Source: Paraspadella gotoi (taxonomy: Eukaryota > Animalia > Chaetognatha). From it: a DNA stretch of 64,000 bases. The translations under genes were made by a program, and so were the position numbers. Positions 23,522-38,500 of the stretch are shown here, piece by piece. The DNA lies in the NCBI GenBank assembly GCA_051294375.1, contig CM119264.1, positions 7,821,301 to 7,885,300 on the forward strand, read 5' to 3'. The notes beneath the pieces were generated by a model that saw only the letters and a list, made by a program, of their open reading frames with translations, made no database searches and had not been told where the DNA came from. Positions within the stretch are counted from its first letter, which is position 1; every line of letters starts with the position of its first letter.

Positions 23522-26500
23522 AAGAGAGAGAAGGGAAGTAAATTTAGCCCCAATAATCTCTCTCCCAGGGATGGACGCCGACACTATGAGCCAGCTAATA
23601 GAATACTCCTACACTTCGAACATAAAAATCACCAAAGAGAACGCACAGAACTTGCTTTCCGCCGCCAACCTGATCCAGCTGGGTTCCATCCGCGAGGCTG
23701 CCTGCAAGTTCCTCTACAAGGAGATGCACCCATCTAACTGCTTGGGAATCTATTGCTTCGCCGAGCTGCACGCCTGCGACGGGCTCGCGCGGAAAGCCCA
23801 GGTTTTTTTCCTGGCAGCGGGATGGGAGATGGCGGAAAACGGGGGCGTGGAGAAAACGTATTTTTATTCCTTTATTTCTGCTTTTTTTGTCCTCGGCGTA
23901 AAAAATACCACGTTGTCGTTTTTTTTTCTGTGGTTGTCGATAAGTCGTTTGGAAGCGTGGATTTATAGATTTTTTTTGTGAGCTTACGGATAATTAAGAA
24001 GGAGAGAAAAAGATGGAAAAAGAGCTAAATCAATCAATCATTCAAAGGGAAGCAAAAAAAGGGGATAAAAAGGAGAAAATAGAAAAAAAGTGAAAAAAGG
24101 TAAAGGATGAGAAAAAGGAAGATAAAAAAGGTAAGAGAAAAACCGCAATAGCCAAAGTTGATTACATAAAGGTGGATCTTATCTCTTATCTCTTCTATTT
24201 CTTTTATCTGCCTTATCCCATCAGTTTTACATTATCTCTTTTATCTTCCGTCTTTTCCCCGCTCTCTCTCCACCAATCCATGTCCCCAGGAGTACGCTCT
24301 CGCTCACTTCGAAGAGGTGGCCATCCACGACGAGATCGTCCTCCTCTCGACGCCGAAATTGACGAATCTCATTTGCTCCGAGAATCTCAACGTCAAACAA
24401 GAGGAGACGGTCCTCGAGGCCGTCATTACCTGGGCCAATCACGACCCGGAACTGAGGTGAGGTTATTAATGGGACCAATCGCATTTCAGAACTTGGGTGA
24501 GGTAATGAACGGGGCCAATTAGGTCCGATTACGTTTTTTGAACTGAGGTCATTTACCGTGCCAATCAAATCCCGGAAATGAGGTTACATAATTTGGTTAG
24601 ACATTTATCACCTTGAACTCGGATGAATTCGTAAATTATATGTAAACTTATATGTTCACCCGTTAGATCAACTTGTCAACCTATCACGACCCAGAACTTA
24701 GATAAATAAAATCATCATGATTTTAGGAGCAATAATGACATTATTATTACATAATAATTTTTTACTTTTTGTGAGCTATGACCACATTATTAATGTAGTC
24801 AGAGCGCTTAAAAGGTAAAAAAAATATTTGGTGTTAATAAAAAAATAAATAAATTTAAAAAAATAAATCGGTCAGGCAATGATGATACAAAATTTTGTTG
24901 AATAATCATAAAATGATTCAATCACAAGCCCGAACTCGTGATCGTATAATCCAATACGGGCCACCATATTCAATAGGGACGACCTAACTACACCGTATTA
25001 ATGGTTTATCCAGATATCATGAATTCAATTTGACGCAGATGGAAACGAATAAGCGTCATGAGCCTTGAGAGCGACGTTGGTCTCGAAATGCAAAACCCGA
25101 ATCACTCTTCGTTTCTTTCGATGACATTTTGACGCTTGGCTTAACCGAATCAACCGAAAAAAGGGGCTTTTTATCAGAAAACAAGAACGGTAATTCCAAT
25201 ATGTTGCGCCGCAGTGACTTTATTTTCACATGTATTTCCCTTTGATGATATGATATGACATGACATGACTAAAAAACTAAAAAAAATTTTGCCTGTGTAT
25301 TTACGACATGCAATGCATCAAAATTCTATCTTTTATTATGTAGTTTTATGAATTCCTGAAGGCGGCGCTAGGAGTCCCTTAGATTTGAGGTTTTTTCTGT
25401 CTAAACAAATGAGCAAACTATAAGCAAATTGCATAAATTTTCCACATAAGTGGGATAGACCGACAGACAGACCTACCGACCGTCACTTATAGAGTTGCTC
25501 TGCGAGTACTCGTGGCGCAACGAAAAACCCATTAACGATTCCTTGGCAATAAGTTCGCCTCGAGACACGCTTTCCTCGATTGGTAATTAGTTAAACATTG
25601 TTTAATTAACAACCGTTTCTAAATGCTAAATGGCAACAGCCGGGTTGCCCGTGATTCTCATAGGGATGGGGTATCTCACTGTTGGCTTTGGGGTCGTCCA
25701 ACCCTCAGTGACGCCTCCTGTTACTGGCGCGGTAACTCTAGTACGGTCTCGCTTTGTCAACGCAGAGGGAAGTCGTTAAGACTGTGTCTGTGGGTAGAAC
25801 GTAACGCTTGGGATGGTGCGTTCCCCTTTGAGCCAATGGGACTGGCAAAGTTGTTAGCGAACAAAAATTTGAAGTGGTTGATAATGGTTAGAATTTGGCT
25901 CCAATTTAGAGAGAAAGAGGGAGAGAATATATAGGCGGTAAACGATGAAAATTGTACTAATGAAAATGTCAATACTATTTAATTAATATGTAATAGTTTT
26001 TAGCACTCTACAGGACGACTTTCAAACCCAGAAATTAGTGGTGTACAATGTTAAGTCACTATCTTTTTCTCCGCTGCTGCACAAGAGACAAAACATATCA
26101 TTAATGCATTAATGCCATTAATGCACCAGTCCCAGCGTTAAGAAATTGCGGATTTGGCGCACATTGGTGAAGGACGATCAATTACCCTAGAGATCTTTTA
26201 TCGAACTTTCTTTTTTCAAAGCGGTGACGTGGAAGTGAATTCGACGTTCATCTTCACTCATTCCCCCCGCCCACTAACATTTGGAATTTTTATATTGAAT
26301 TAGAAACGTCAAATTTGAATATGATAATTCGATTAGATTGACGTCAAAACGAAATGGAAAATAAAGGGTTTTTTTTTCACAAATGTTAACTGGAATCCAT
26401 TCATAGAATCATTTGTTCTCAGTTTAATTTTTTTTTTATATTAAAAAAAAAAGCAGTTTAGTTTCAAGAAAATCATTAATTCGAAGATTATTCTTTTGTC

Positions 26501-29500
26501 AAATAATCAACTTCTAGGGCAAGAAGTCATTCTGGATATTTATTTGACAGTAGTTTCAAATTCATTTTTCTTCCGTCGATTTGATTCACAGACGCAGCGT
26601 CTTGGGTGAGGTTTTGTGTCACGTGCGTCTTCCGCTCATCTCCCCTTACTTCCTCTTCGACAAAATCGACGAAGAACCGATTCTGTCGCTGACTAAAGAA
26701 TGCAGGGAACTTTTGGAGGAAGCGAAAAAGTAAGTTAATCAGGAAGAAAAGTTGCGGTGGTAAAATTCGATAGAAAAGTTGGGCGGGGGAGTAAGTAGGT
26801 TAGTAAGTTCGTATCGCGAAAATACTCGAGAAAATAAAAAAAAGAGTTAATATAGTTTCGAGAACGGGAGGTATCGAAAAGCAGTAAAAAAAATTTTCGT
26901 TTCGGAAAGTTGGGAGCGGATGTTTTTGGTTTGAGGGCGGAAATTTGTCCTAAATGAGAAAAAACCATTTAAGCTTTAATGGAATCCGGAGGATAATGAT
27001 GTTGAAAACATTCTTTTATGGTTAACCGTTAATTCTTTTTTTTTCAAGACGAAAAGGGAAAATAATTGTCGTTGCTTAGATTCGGTTACATACTACATAG
27101 TAACAGTTAAAAAGTTATTCCTCTCCCAATAGCATTATTAATTAGTTAAATCTAATACTTATGTGAAGTATACTCAACTTTTATATTCATTTAAGAACTT
27201 TTTATCTAATTTAGTCGAATATAGTAAAACAAGTAATCTTACAATTTTTCATAGTTAAAATTAAAAAACAAAACTTAATAAAATTAAAAGAACACATTGT
27301 TTACTTCGACGTTCCTTGTTTTCAGACGGATAAGCTCATCGCAGATTCCTGTTCTATTCCAGCCCGAAAATTTTATCAGTAAATCACATCATCTTAGAAC
27401 CTGCAAAAAAATAAATGTCTGTCTGTTTTTTTTTTTTCCGATGGTCTCCCGTAATCATTAAACTCCAATTACTCATTATTGGATGTATGGTTGGATTGAG
27501 TAGGAAAGTATGTTATTGAGTTGGAAATTAAGTTTCAATGGAATCGTCCGAGTAAAAATTAGTTTTTGCCGTTAGTTTTCATCGTGTCTTAAATGGAAAA
27601 AACGTATTAAATCGATTTTTTTTTTTTGAAATATAAATGCTTGCTACAACTACAAAAATAAACTATAATTCTAATAATCACCACAAACACAACTAATACA
27701 ATTATCGCAACCACCCTAAAAGCCTTTAGGTTAAATTGACAACTAAAAGGACAGCATTTGAACAAAAAAAATTTATTATCATAAATATTGATATTAAACT
27801 ATATTAGAAATAAAAAGATAATAAGAATAATGGTAACTTATTATCTCATTATCGATAAATTTTCGTGGGAAGATCCGCCATTGTTATTTCAAACTTATTT
27901 ATTTAGGTTTTTCGTTTTGAAGGACCGTCGATCACAATTTCAAAGCGTCAGAACTCGACCGAGAAAGTCCATGTCCAAATATCAGGTCATTTGATGAATG
28001 TATTTAGTACAAGTATAAAAATTCTTCATTCATTAGATCAACAAGCTATTTTGCCTTGATATTCTCTCAAGTATTAGTAGTTTAAAGTTTTTATCACTGT
28101 TAGATAAATGTTACATAGATAAATGTTAGATAGATGTTGGCAACTTAACATACCTCAATCCCTGAAAGCTTGCAATGCAATTATTTGGGGCTTACAGACT
28201 GTTAATTTTTTTTCGTTCTATAAAAATCATTTACTCAATTGTTAAAGGTGATCCTTTGCATCGGTGGACAAACGTATAACAAAAGTCAGCGCAACACTCC
28301 GGATTTGGGCCAAACACTTCCGCTGTCCGAAGCTCTGCCCGCCGCAGGTTGGCGCACGCTCAATGCTGCGAGAATTTTCATTTAACTTTTTTTACATTTG
28401 ATAAGTAGTTGTCCTTCGTTAGAGGGAGAATCTTGTATCCGGCAACGGTGAAATTTGAATAAAAGAAACTGATTATAAAATATATTTTTTTTTACAATTG
28501 AAAATAAATTGATTTAAAATAAACAACAATTATAGTAATATCAGTGAAGTCAAATCCACTTGCATGGTTGAGAACGCCAGAATTTTTTTTTCCTTCCCTT
28601 TGCCTGAGAAAATATTTATCACGTCTTTAATAATGCAACGAATAAATAAGATAAGAAACATCCGGGCACCATAAATGGAAACACAAAAGATGGCGTTTTA
28701 CTTTCTGACTCGTGAATCCCCTTTGTGTCGTTCGTTTCTGCCACTAGTTCTATTATTGAATCAAGTTTCCGTGGAAAAAGGAGACATACCAACTGGGAAG
28801 CTCTCCTAATTTTTTTTTTCTTTTCGTTAAGTGGCTTTAAAATTTAAAAGACGAAATTCTTTATTGTGTGCAAACTATATATTTTTCCGTTTAATACTTA
28901 CATTAAATTCGAGTCGATCTGTATCAGACTGTATCTGACTAAGCGGTGTAATGTTGTTTTTTTTTTAGTCGCACTCTCCGATCGGAAAAAAAAGGCGTGT
29001 TGTCGGCTCACTTTTAATAATTGATGTTGTTCACCTCCGATAAACTCCCATCTTTTTGTTTAGACTTCGTATGGTAGAAGCAAGACACGATATTCCAAAA
29101 ACTATGTAAAGGCCGGAAAAGGAAAAATTTAATTCTTTTTCTCTGTATAAGTAATGTGTTTTTATGTAATATTTTTTATTAAGTAAACTTAATAAAAAAC
29201 AAAATAAAAAAGGTCGGAAGCTCTCAAAGACAACAGTGAGCTGCCCCATCACAATGGGCATCACAGGTAACCCGGCTGTTGCCATACCATACCATTTAAG
29301 CGAAAATTCAACCCTTTCCTCTTTATTCTCATCCATTACCGTGAATATTTTTCATCTTTTCAATCGGTCTCCTTTCTTTCTTTCTTTCTTTCTTCTTCAA
29401 TAGTTGTTGTCTCTATTTTGCGCCGGCCGTTCAAATGCCCAGATTCCCTTTCCTCTCCGAACAGAGGTGAACATGTACGTCCAAGACGGGGGAATCCCGC

Positions 29501-32500
29501 CCACCAGCCTCAGCAACCTCAACTGCGTCGATCTCTTCGACATCAACTCCAACTCCTGGCTTAAACTGCGCGAGCTGCCCTTCTCTCGATATCACAGCGG
29601 GGCAGTGGTTCTCGACGCGCAGACCGTGTGGGTCGCGGGCGGCTTCAATAAGGATCACACGGGTGACGTTTGCTGGAAAGGGCAATATAAATTAGTTCAC
29701 TGGAACCATAACTAGTACATATACGTAACTAAAAGAATCTCGGGACATTAATTTAAACGAAGTCCAGTCTATTCTATTTTATTTTAAAAATATTTTTTTT
29801 TTAAATCAATTCAATAATTTATTAATTTATATTACAGTAACAGAGAAGCGCGAATTAAACTTAAAATTAATAATATATAACATATATATATATTACGACG
29901 CGTCACGCGCCACGATGATTCTCGATGCGGTCAAGGACTCGAATGACAGCTAGTTTTAGAGGTCGACGATAAGTGAGGCGCTTTTGTATTATAATGCGCC
30001 AGTTTAATTTTGATTTATTACTAAAAAACCACAAAACGAAATGTTAAGTGACGTGAGTCTGTTTATTATCCCTACCTGTCTCCGTACTAAGACCTACATA
30101 TATTTTTCTTAAAAGCAACTTTGAATTGTGTTGCTGAATAAAGTTAAGAGAATTCCACGATTTTTACTAGTGCATCCTTGCACGGGTGTGACGAAACATG
30201 TGGTACTTATTTTTATTTCTTTTTTTTCCTTTTTCCACAGTTCTCAATAGCGTCTTGAAATACGACTACATCCTAGAAAAGTGGACACGAATGGCTAACA
30301 TGGGCGTGCCCCGCGCTCTGCACGGACTTTCCTCCATCGACGGACGCATTTACGCCGTGGCAGGCTTCGATGGCGCCAGGTGAGCCGGTGCGAGAAATTA
30401 AAAAATTAACAATAACGTCAATGTAGAGTCTCCATTATGTAATATGAGTCTTAATATTTCGAATTAAATCCAACGCTAAGGAAAGGCTAAATTAAAACTA
30501 TTTCATTTAGTGATAAACATATTCTCTTTGTTACGTTTTTCCTTCAAAGAAAAAAAAAGTTTGGAAAGCTGATTCTATGGCATCACTCAATTTATTATTC
30601 TTCTGTTCCTTCTCAAGGCCGAGCAGTAAAAGATCCAAGCTCACATCAGTCTTTCAATTTTAGATGCGGCACTAAAGGCGAGACGCGTTCTCTAACGATA
30701 GGCGTCTTAATGAATCGCATTTCCTCGCAAATAAAAAGACTTTAAAGAGAGTACTTGATTTACTGAGAAAAGATGATCGAAGACCCACTTAAAATATTGT
30801 AAATAAGTAAATAAGTACTTTAAAAACTGCGACGCATTGCTTACAAAGTCTATTGCGCCAAATAAAACTCGCAGAGTGACCACTCCGTTCTACCCTTTCT
30901 CCAGCGTTTTCCACCTTTTATCACCTCCCCGCCACTAATTCCAGGAGAGTGGAGAGCATGGAGGTCTACAACCCCGAGGACAACAAGTGGAGCTTAGCCG
31001 CTCCTCTGCCGACGCCGCTTTACCTCGTCAGCGCCGTGGGACTCAACGGGTTTCTCTACGTGGCCGGTAATCGGTCGAGGGGAATTAAATTCTCGAACCC
31101 GACCTTGTTTGCGACGTTAGAATGGAATGGCAAAGCAATGACGTCGAACGTAAAAAAAAGAATGAGGATAATTAAAAGGATAGGGTCGTTAAATTGATAA
31201 AGAGCGCGGTGAAATTCCCATTTTGTGTAGAGAGATATCTTAAATTAGATAGGAACTGATACACGTAAAAGGGTTTGAGAAACAATAATGTTACTACAAA
31301 GACTACTGTATTATGCTATTGCCATTATTTTAATCATCATTACTCCTAAAATATATCTATTATCCATTATTGCTACATAATATACATTGCAGATTTTCTC
31401 TTTAACCTCTTCCGCCTTCTCTCCCTCTCCCACGCAATTTCAAGGCGGCGTTCGCGAGCCCAATGATCTTTGCGTGGACACTTTTCAACGCTTCGACCCC
31501 AAGACCGGTCAATGGGAACGTCTATCTCCGCTTCCGACGCCGCTGGCTTCTGGCGCGCTGGTCGCCAACAATGATCTTCTGTATTACGTGGGCGGGAGCC
31601 CAGACATGATCAAACCCTCTAAACAGTTGTTCTCCTACGACCCTGAAGACGACGCGTGGACAGAGTTAGCGTCCATGAACGACTCAAGATTTGATCCGGG
31701 TGAGTCGCCGTAATATTCAAGTAAAAAGTTAAAATCTATATTTAACTACAAGGACTTCAATGTTGAGTAATACGAAAAAACTTATTATATATAATTGAAA
31801 CGAAGATCAATCGGTTTATAAATTTTTTTCATACTAATAGAAAAATAACGTTTTTTCCCACCAATTTGTAACATTCTAGCGAGGATAGTTGCTATGTTAT
31901 AAACATTTACCTCAGAGGGTAAATTTCTGAAGAAGCAGAATTTTTATTTTAAAAGTGGATCTTACTATAATCCTTCAGTTCCCATTAAAAAGATTAAATT
32001 TTTTTTATGCTTAATTTTTTTGCTTAATAAGATACTGTAATATATGTATCACGAATTAGAATAAAAAAAATTGAATAATATGAATAATTCTTAATAATAA
32101 TCATCACGGTTTCCCTTTAAAATCTATTAAAAATAAAAATTTCAGCTTGGGGAAAAAAAATTATAAAAGACAACTTTGTTAATAAATACTTTAAATAATA
32201 AAAAATTATAGTAAATAAGTTAGGTTTTACATGAGAAATTCTTTTTAACATAACAAATCACCAAATTGACTTTTTACTATCAAATATTTTTATTTTTATA
32301 TCAGATAACTTCACTATCAGCATTTAAAATTATTATATTGTTAAAAACTGTTAAAATTTGGACAAAAAGGTGAAAAAAGTGACTCAGCGCTTGAGATCCA
32401 GTGATTATACTATTAAGAAATTTGAACATTTTTTAGGTCAACATAAACATCAAATAGTTTTCTAACTAACAAATATTATAAAAATAATAAATAGTGAAAG

Positions 32501-35500
32501 AATTGGGAGTTTATTCAACTCTTTTCGTAACAGTCCAGATTGAAGTCGATAATATCGATATCGACAAAAACCGGTTTCTAAATATCATAAATAACCCAAT
32601 GGAATACGTGAGTGAATATCTCTGAGGTGTATTTAACTACTGGTCACTTTATCTTGTAACGGAAAGTACTTACTACTCAAGAGTCCAAAAAATTTATTGG
32701 AAACAAGAATATTTACCGGAAGCTACACTGGAGAGAATTATTTTGAAAAATGCTCAGGGTTACGAAAAAAAAACAATAGCTTTTCAAGGCACCAAAGCAC
32801 ATTATTGTTATTGACCCTAGTCACCACAGTAATAAAGAATCCTTTCACCAAACTACAGTGAAGCCTCAGTCGTCGTCGGCTGTCTACTCTCTTCTTTTTT
32901 TTTATTCAAAAAATGTTATGAAATTTTGCGATAATAATAAAACGGACGATATACTTGAAGATACAAAACGAAGTTAGATATGAACAGTGATATTTGATTT
33001 CGACTTCGCTGAAGAAGAAAGTAAAATATGGAGAGAGAAGACAATATCGACGATGACTGAGGCTTCGCTGTTCTTCGGTGAAAGGATGCTTTGTGACTGA
33101 GGTCATCTTGACGTGTTCGGTCAATTCGAGTAACCAGAACGTTATATTTGGGATAAAAAAGAATCGCAACCATATATCAAAGTTTCGTCGAATCTGATTT
33201 GACCGTCGGGATCTGTTCGTCCGTCGGCAATTCCTCACATTCGAAAGGCCGACGATCCTGTTCCAGAATCTCGATTTGCTTTGCGGAATGGTCATCAAGA
33301 TGAGAATTAAACTCGCGAACGTTTTTACCACCGGTGACGTTGATGATTGACCCAGTTGCCCCGTGAACGTTTTCTTCGGGGATTTTGTTTTCCACCGTCG
33401 AATAAGTCGCCAAGGGAAGGTCGAAACTGGCTCGAAGATCATTTTTTTCCTCGCTCGATGTTTTGCCGACGACCATCATGGATAGCGCCCTCACGACGCG
33501 CTGAAACTCACCTTTTTCGGCGGCATCGAACTCTTTGGTCGAAGGAGTCAAGGGTGTCCCTAAGCCAGAGTGGCTCGGAGCTAATGCACCTGCCCAGGTG
33601 ACCGAGTGAGAAGGATTTGAAGAATCTCGCGGCATCGACGAGGTTGCCCCTTGCAATTTTTGCCACTCGGACAGCGACTGCGGCAGCGGCCGCGATTCTT
33701 CCCGCCCCACTGCGGGCGAATGTGGCTCCTGCAATCCGATTTCGCGTTTCTGCTGCGTCGGCGGCAATTCTTGATTCACTGACCATTCGCGACCCTTGTT
33801 CGGCGAAGCGCGAGAAGGCGAGTGAACTCTACAAGGCGATTTGAACTGCGGCCCTGGCGATCCCGATAGCGGTGATCTGAGCGGCGAAGTGAGCTGCGTT
33901 GTCGATCTTTGCTGCGGCGGCGACCAGTGTCGCGAGGGCGATCTGAGCAAAGGCGGCTTTGAACGTTCACCCGCGCCGCAGACCTCGCCGGCGGAAACGG
34001 GAGGCGGCGCCAAAAAAGATTTGGTTGGAGTGACGTCCGATCGGGACGGCGACGTTCCGTACTTTTTTTTCTTGGCCGCAGAATTGTTTAGCAAGGACTC
34101 GGATTCTGCGTCTTCTGAGGAAGAGGACGTCTTACGGGAAATCAGCAAAGTTTTCTCTCGTCGATTCAACAGCTGACTGTGATGATGATGATGAAAATGA
34201 CAGGACTTGTGGTTTTTTAATTGATTATGGCGGTGATCATAATGATGATGAAAATTTGTTGCTCCGTTCATGACGTCGCTGCAGCTGCTTCCGGGACTGA
34301 AGTCGCGAGCTGAGTTAAGGCACAAGGAACTAAAATATTAATTAATATGATAAATTAAAAAACCAAAAAGAAAGAAAAATAAAAAGAAGAAAGAAAGAAA
34401 TATAAATAAAAGTAAATATAAATCAATCAATCAATCAATCAATAAATTAAAATAAATCAATCAATCAATTAATAAATTCTTTATGTTTTCGTTTGGTTTT
34501 TTTAGTTTTTGCTTTTTAAGAATTTACCGGAAAGAGGAGACGACGACGCAGACGGATCGGCGTTAAAACGTATATGCTTGACGCTGCTGAAAGACCATGA
34601 TGGCGACAACTGATCTTTGCAATTCTGGTTCTTCACGGAGTTGTTTAGCGATGATCCAGAAATAGATGAGAGGGAGCGACCTGGTGTAACCGTGAAAATT
34701 TAAAATCTAACTCCCAGAATTCCATAACTATTTTCAGAAACCGATAGGACCTAAGGTGCTTAAGCTGTTATAGTAAGAGTCTATGGCGCTCTGTTTGTAG
34801 TTTCCATGGCTGAATTGATTACGCATTTTATTGTTCCAAAGATGGCGCTTGGGTTTAGGGCTAAATCGCTGTTCGTCGGTGATGTGCAATCCCAAATGCG
34901 CTCCGAGGCTCGTTGAAGATCTGTCGGGAGGACGAGCGAAAAAAAGGCGATGGTGGGAAAGGGAAAATACCTAAGATTTAAGAATTACTAAGAATTATTT
35001 TAAGAATTATTAAGAATTATTTTAACAATTTGTCTATTCATATATCTTACGGTTAAATGCAGCCTATTACAAATTGAAAACCTGTAAGGTGCAGCGTGCG
35101 GCGAGGCCAGCGGAGATGGCGACCTTTTGCGGCAAAAATCGATGGTATTTCGTCGAGAAGCGTTGAACCCGACTTCGGGAAGGAGCAATCCCCCTGGCGG
35201 GCCAGGAGAATTCTTCAACGTCGTCGAGGCCGAAACGCTGTCGGGCAGAGTGCCCGAGTTAACGAGGATGACGGGTCGATTAAGTCGAGATTGCCAGGAG
35301 CAACGAGCCTGTGCAGAGCGGCTCATGACTGCGTTGTCAGAGATTAGTGAGCGCGAACGGGCGGAGAGGGGTGTCCCAGCCTAAGGGGGATGAAAAAAAT
35401 ATTTTGCCACGAAATTATAAGGTGACACACTGAAACCCGCCGCTGTTACGGCTAGAAAAAAAAAAAATCGTCCTTTGCAAACCTATAAATATTTTTTTTA

Positions 35501-38500
35501 ATCTGAAAGTTTATGTCCAACATCTAATAAACCGCGCACCTGTCGTGAAAAGCCGACGTGAAAATCTCTCAAAGTCGCTGAGGTGAGGCTGAGTCGGACG
35601 GCGGAGACGCGCTCCTCGCGTCGTTCCATCTTTGTCTTGTCACTGCGCCGTTTCACCTGACATTTTAAATAATTAATGAAACAATTAAATGTGTAATTTT
35701 AATTTGATCTAGTAACTCTTAAAATGAATGTTCTTTAGGAATTTCTTAAGTGAATCAAAACCACAAACCTGCTTTATCGTTTGCTCCGTCTCGATGTCGA
35801 ACGGCGGATCGTGTCTCACGCTTAATCCTAAAAATAAATACGTAACAACTGAACTAGTATGGCGTGGCCGCGTGATGTTTGGCGGTGATCAGAAACTTTC
35901 GTTAACATCGCCTTCCGCAATTGCTGAATTAGTATCTAAAGTAAATCTCTTGACCTCCACAAAATACAAGGTTGCGGCAACGATGATACAAAGTTTCGAT
36001 TTTATCTTCGGCTAATTTATCACGTTTGTTTGTTTGTTTTATGTTATAAACTTTTATTGATTTCCACTTACTTTCGTCTTCGTTCCGCAATCGAAAAAGC
36101 TATAATTTTATTTACCCAACATCGATAATATCTTTTAAGTCCATTTAGTATTTACGCCTATTCTTTCCGTCCTCGCTCACCTGTCCTTACCCAAAAACAG
36201 GAAAATTCCGATGCTGTAAAAAAGCATTACGAAGACGATGAAGAAAAGCGCGCCCGCGGGATCGTCCTCCTGATTGGTCTCGTTTTGCGGAATCGTCGCG
36301 CAAACGTTGACCAACAAAATCGGGAAAGGCAGCCCACCACGCGCCAAAGTGGCGTTGACGCCGGCGACGTCAACGGCGGAAATTTCGGCGGAGGCATCGG
36401 TCGTTTTAGACGATACCCCATCTTTTGGCGAGGAGCGTCGTTGGTTTTCAACCGTAGTTGTGACGGGGATAAAAACAGATTTTTTCAATTGGCAAGAGAC
36501 AGTTGTCGGTCCTCTTTTTGATCCGCGCTTCATCTTGCGATCACTTTACGAATGCATCGCCCATTCGTCGAATACGTCGAACTTTCAATCTTACTGTGAG
36601 AGGTTTATTTTTTTTTGTCAATATCCTTTAAACATTTCAAATAATTATCATTTACTCATACACTGCGGCGCTAAAAAAGTATCCACTTGTTATTTTTAAA
36701 TACTTCTTTTTAAATTTAAAAAAAACTATAGCCTTTTTAAAGAGTTATTGATCAGTATAATACAAATTAAAATTAGTTCAGTCAATACAAATACTATTTG
36801 TACTATTTTGTATTACAAATAGCAATACCTTCAAGTCATAATATCAAAATAGGAAATGAGATAAAAATGATTTTTATTTTTAAGTTCCAATATAATTGTA
36901 AGAATTAATCTTAGTCTGCTTCAATATGTGATGCCATGAAAAAAAATTGTATATAAAAAAGCTTTCGAAAGTAACCGGAGTTAAGTTTTCACTCAACTTT
37001 TTTTTTTTATATTAAAATATTTTTTTTCTATATAGTTTTTCAATTGGTTTTAAATTGATTTAGGTTAAAAATGGTTGACCCCTATCCCTAAAGATATGAC
37101 AAATTACAAGATTACTTATTTTACTATATTAGATTAAATTTAAAAATAAATATAAAAATTTTAATATATTTCACTATATTTTAGATTTATTCATATTTTT
37201 TATATAAAATATATTCTTTTATAATATTATAGGGAGAAGGATGTTAGGGTTATATTCTGGAAATAATGGGAATGTCTATATAGCAAAGGTTAAAAGGTAC
37301 TTTTTGCCCTAGTTTTCTATTTTAAATTTTTTCTACTAATTTCATATTAAAATTATTATAAAATAAAAAAGTTTTCTCTCTTCAGATTTTTAATACCAAT
37401 CAACCCATCCTTTGAACGTTTCTCTCAATTTTAATAGGATTTATACCTAACGCTTTATTTATCAAAAAGCTTGGTTTTATTTTTCTACATCTTTAATTAT
37501 CTTTCTAAAATTCAGCCTTTCAATACGGTTTTTTGTTTTGTGTAAAAAAAGTGGCTACTTTTTTTTTGTCGCAGTGTATATAACAAATAAAAAATTTAAC
37601 CAAAAATATTAATGACAAAATTTTGAAAAAATTTGTTTTTTCTTATTCAAGTAAGGTTAGAATTTTATTAAACTACATTCATTTGTTTAGGTTCAGTGTA
37701 GAGTACATCGGAGGAAAAGGTTAAAAAAGATAAAAAAAAAAAACTCTGATAAAAATGCGAGAGCGCGCGGGCGAGACGCCAAATCAAAAAGAGTAAAACT
37801 CCAGGACGAGGACACGAGCGCGTGACTAGGACTGCGCGCGAATGTCGCAAAAGGCGCACGCGAAATCTCAACAAGGATGGGCGTGAACGTGGAACAAATG
37901 ATATCAGAGAGGACACAGGAAAACGTCAAAAATGAGGATGTGGGTAAATTCTTAAGATGTAAAAGACTGGCAGGCGTTACTCTGATTCGTGGATATGGCG
38001 TTAAGCGGGCGGAAAATGACTATCCGTAACTTCTACCCCCTCCAGCAGCCCGGGAACGGGTCCTGGGCTTAAACAAGACTTGGGATGTCACTACGGGGGA
38101 TTTAGGGTCGTCCTAACGATTCTATTAAGGTTGGTCATTAGAGTGGAGCACTTGGGAACATAAATTTTATTTGAGTGAACAAACAAGGATATTTAGATGT
38201 GAGATCGTATGATTAAAGAGAACAAAAAATATTTTACTTGTATTGTTTGGGGAACAGTATCATTAATTACAATATATTTATAGTAATATCCTTAGAAAAT
38301 AATAAATTTTCAAAATAATTTTTTTTCAAATTTTATTAAAGATTCTGATTCTTCATAAAAAGTTAGATCAAAAATATAAAACATGTTATTAAAAATTTCA
38401 ATACATTCAGTATCAAAAATGGAAAAAGGTAAAATTATCCCACTTTTTTACACTCTGTAGTAGAAACTATTATATGATAAAACGTTTTAGTCATTTTTCG

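Noticed and set aside
30190-30202. GAAACATGT hammerhead half-motif
   Set aside because: No upstream CTGANGA or stem II, and it is followed by G (GUG is not a cleavage triplet).
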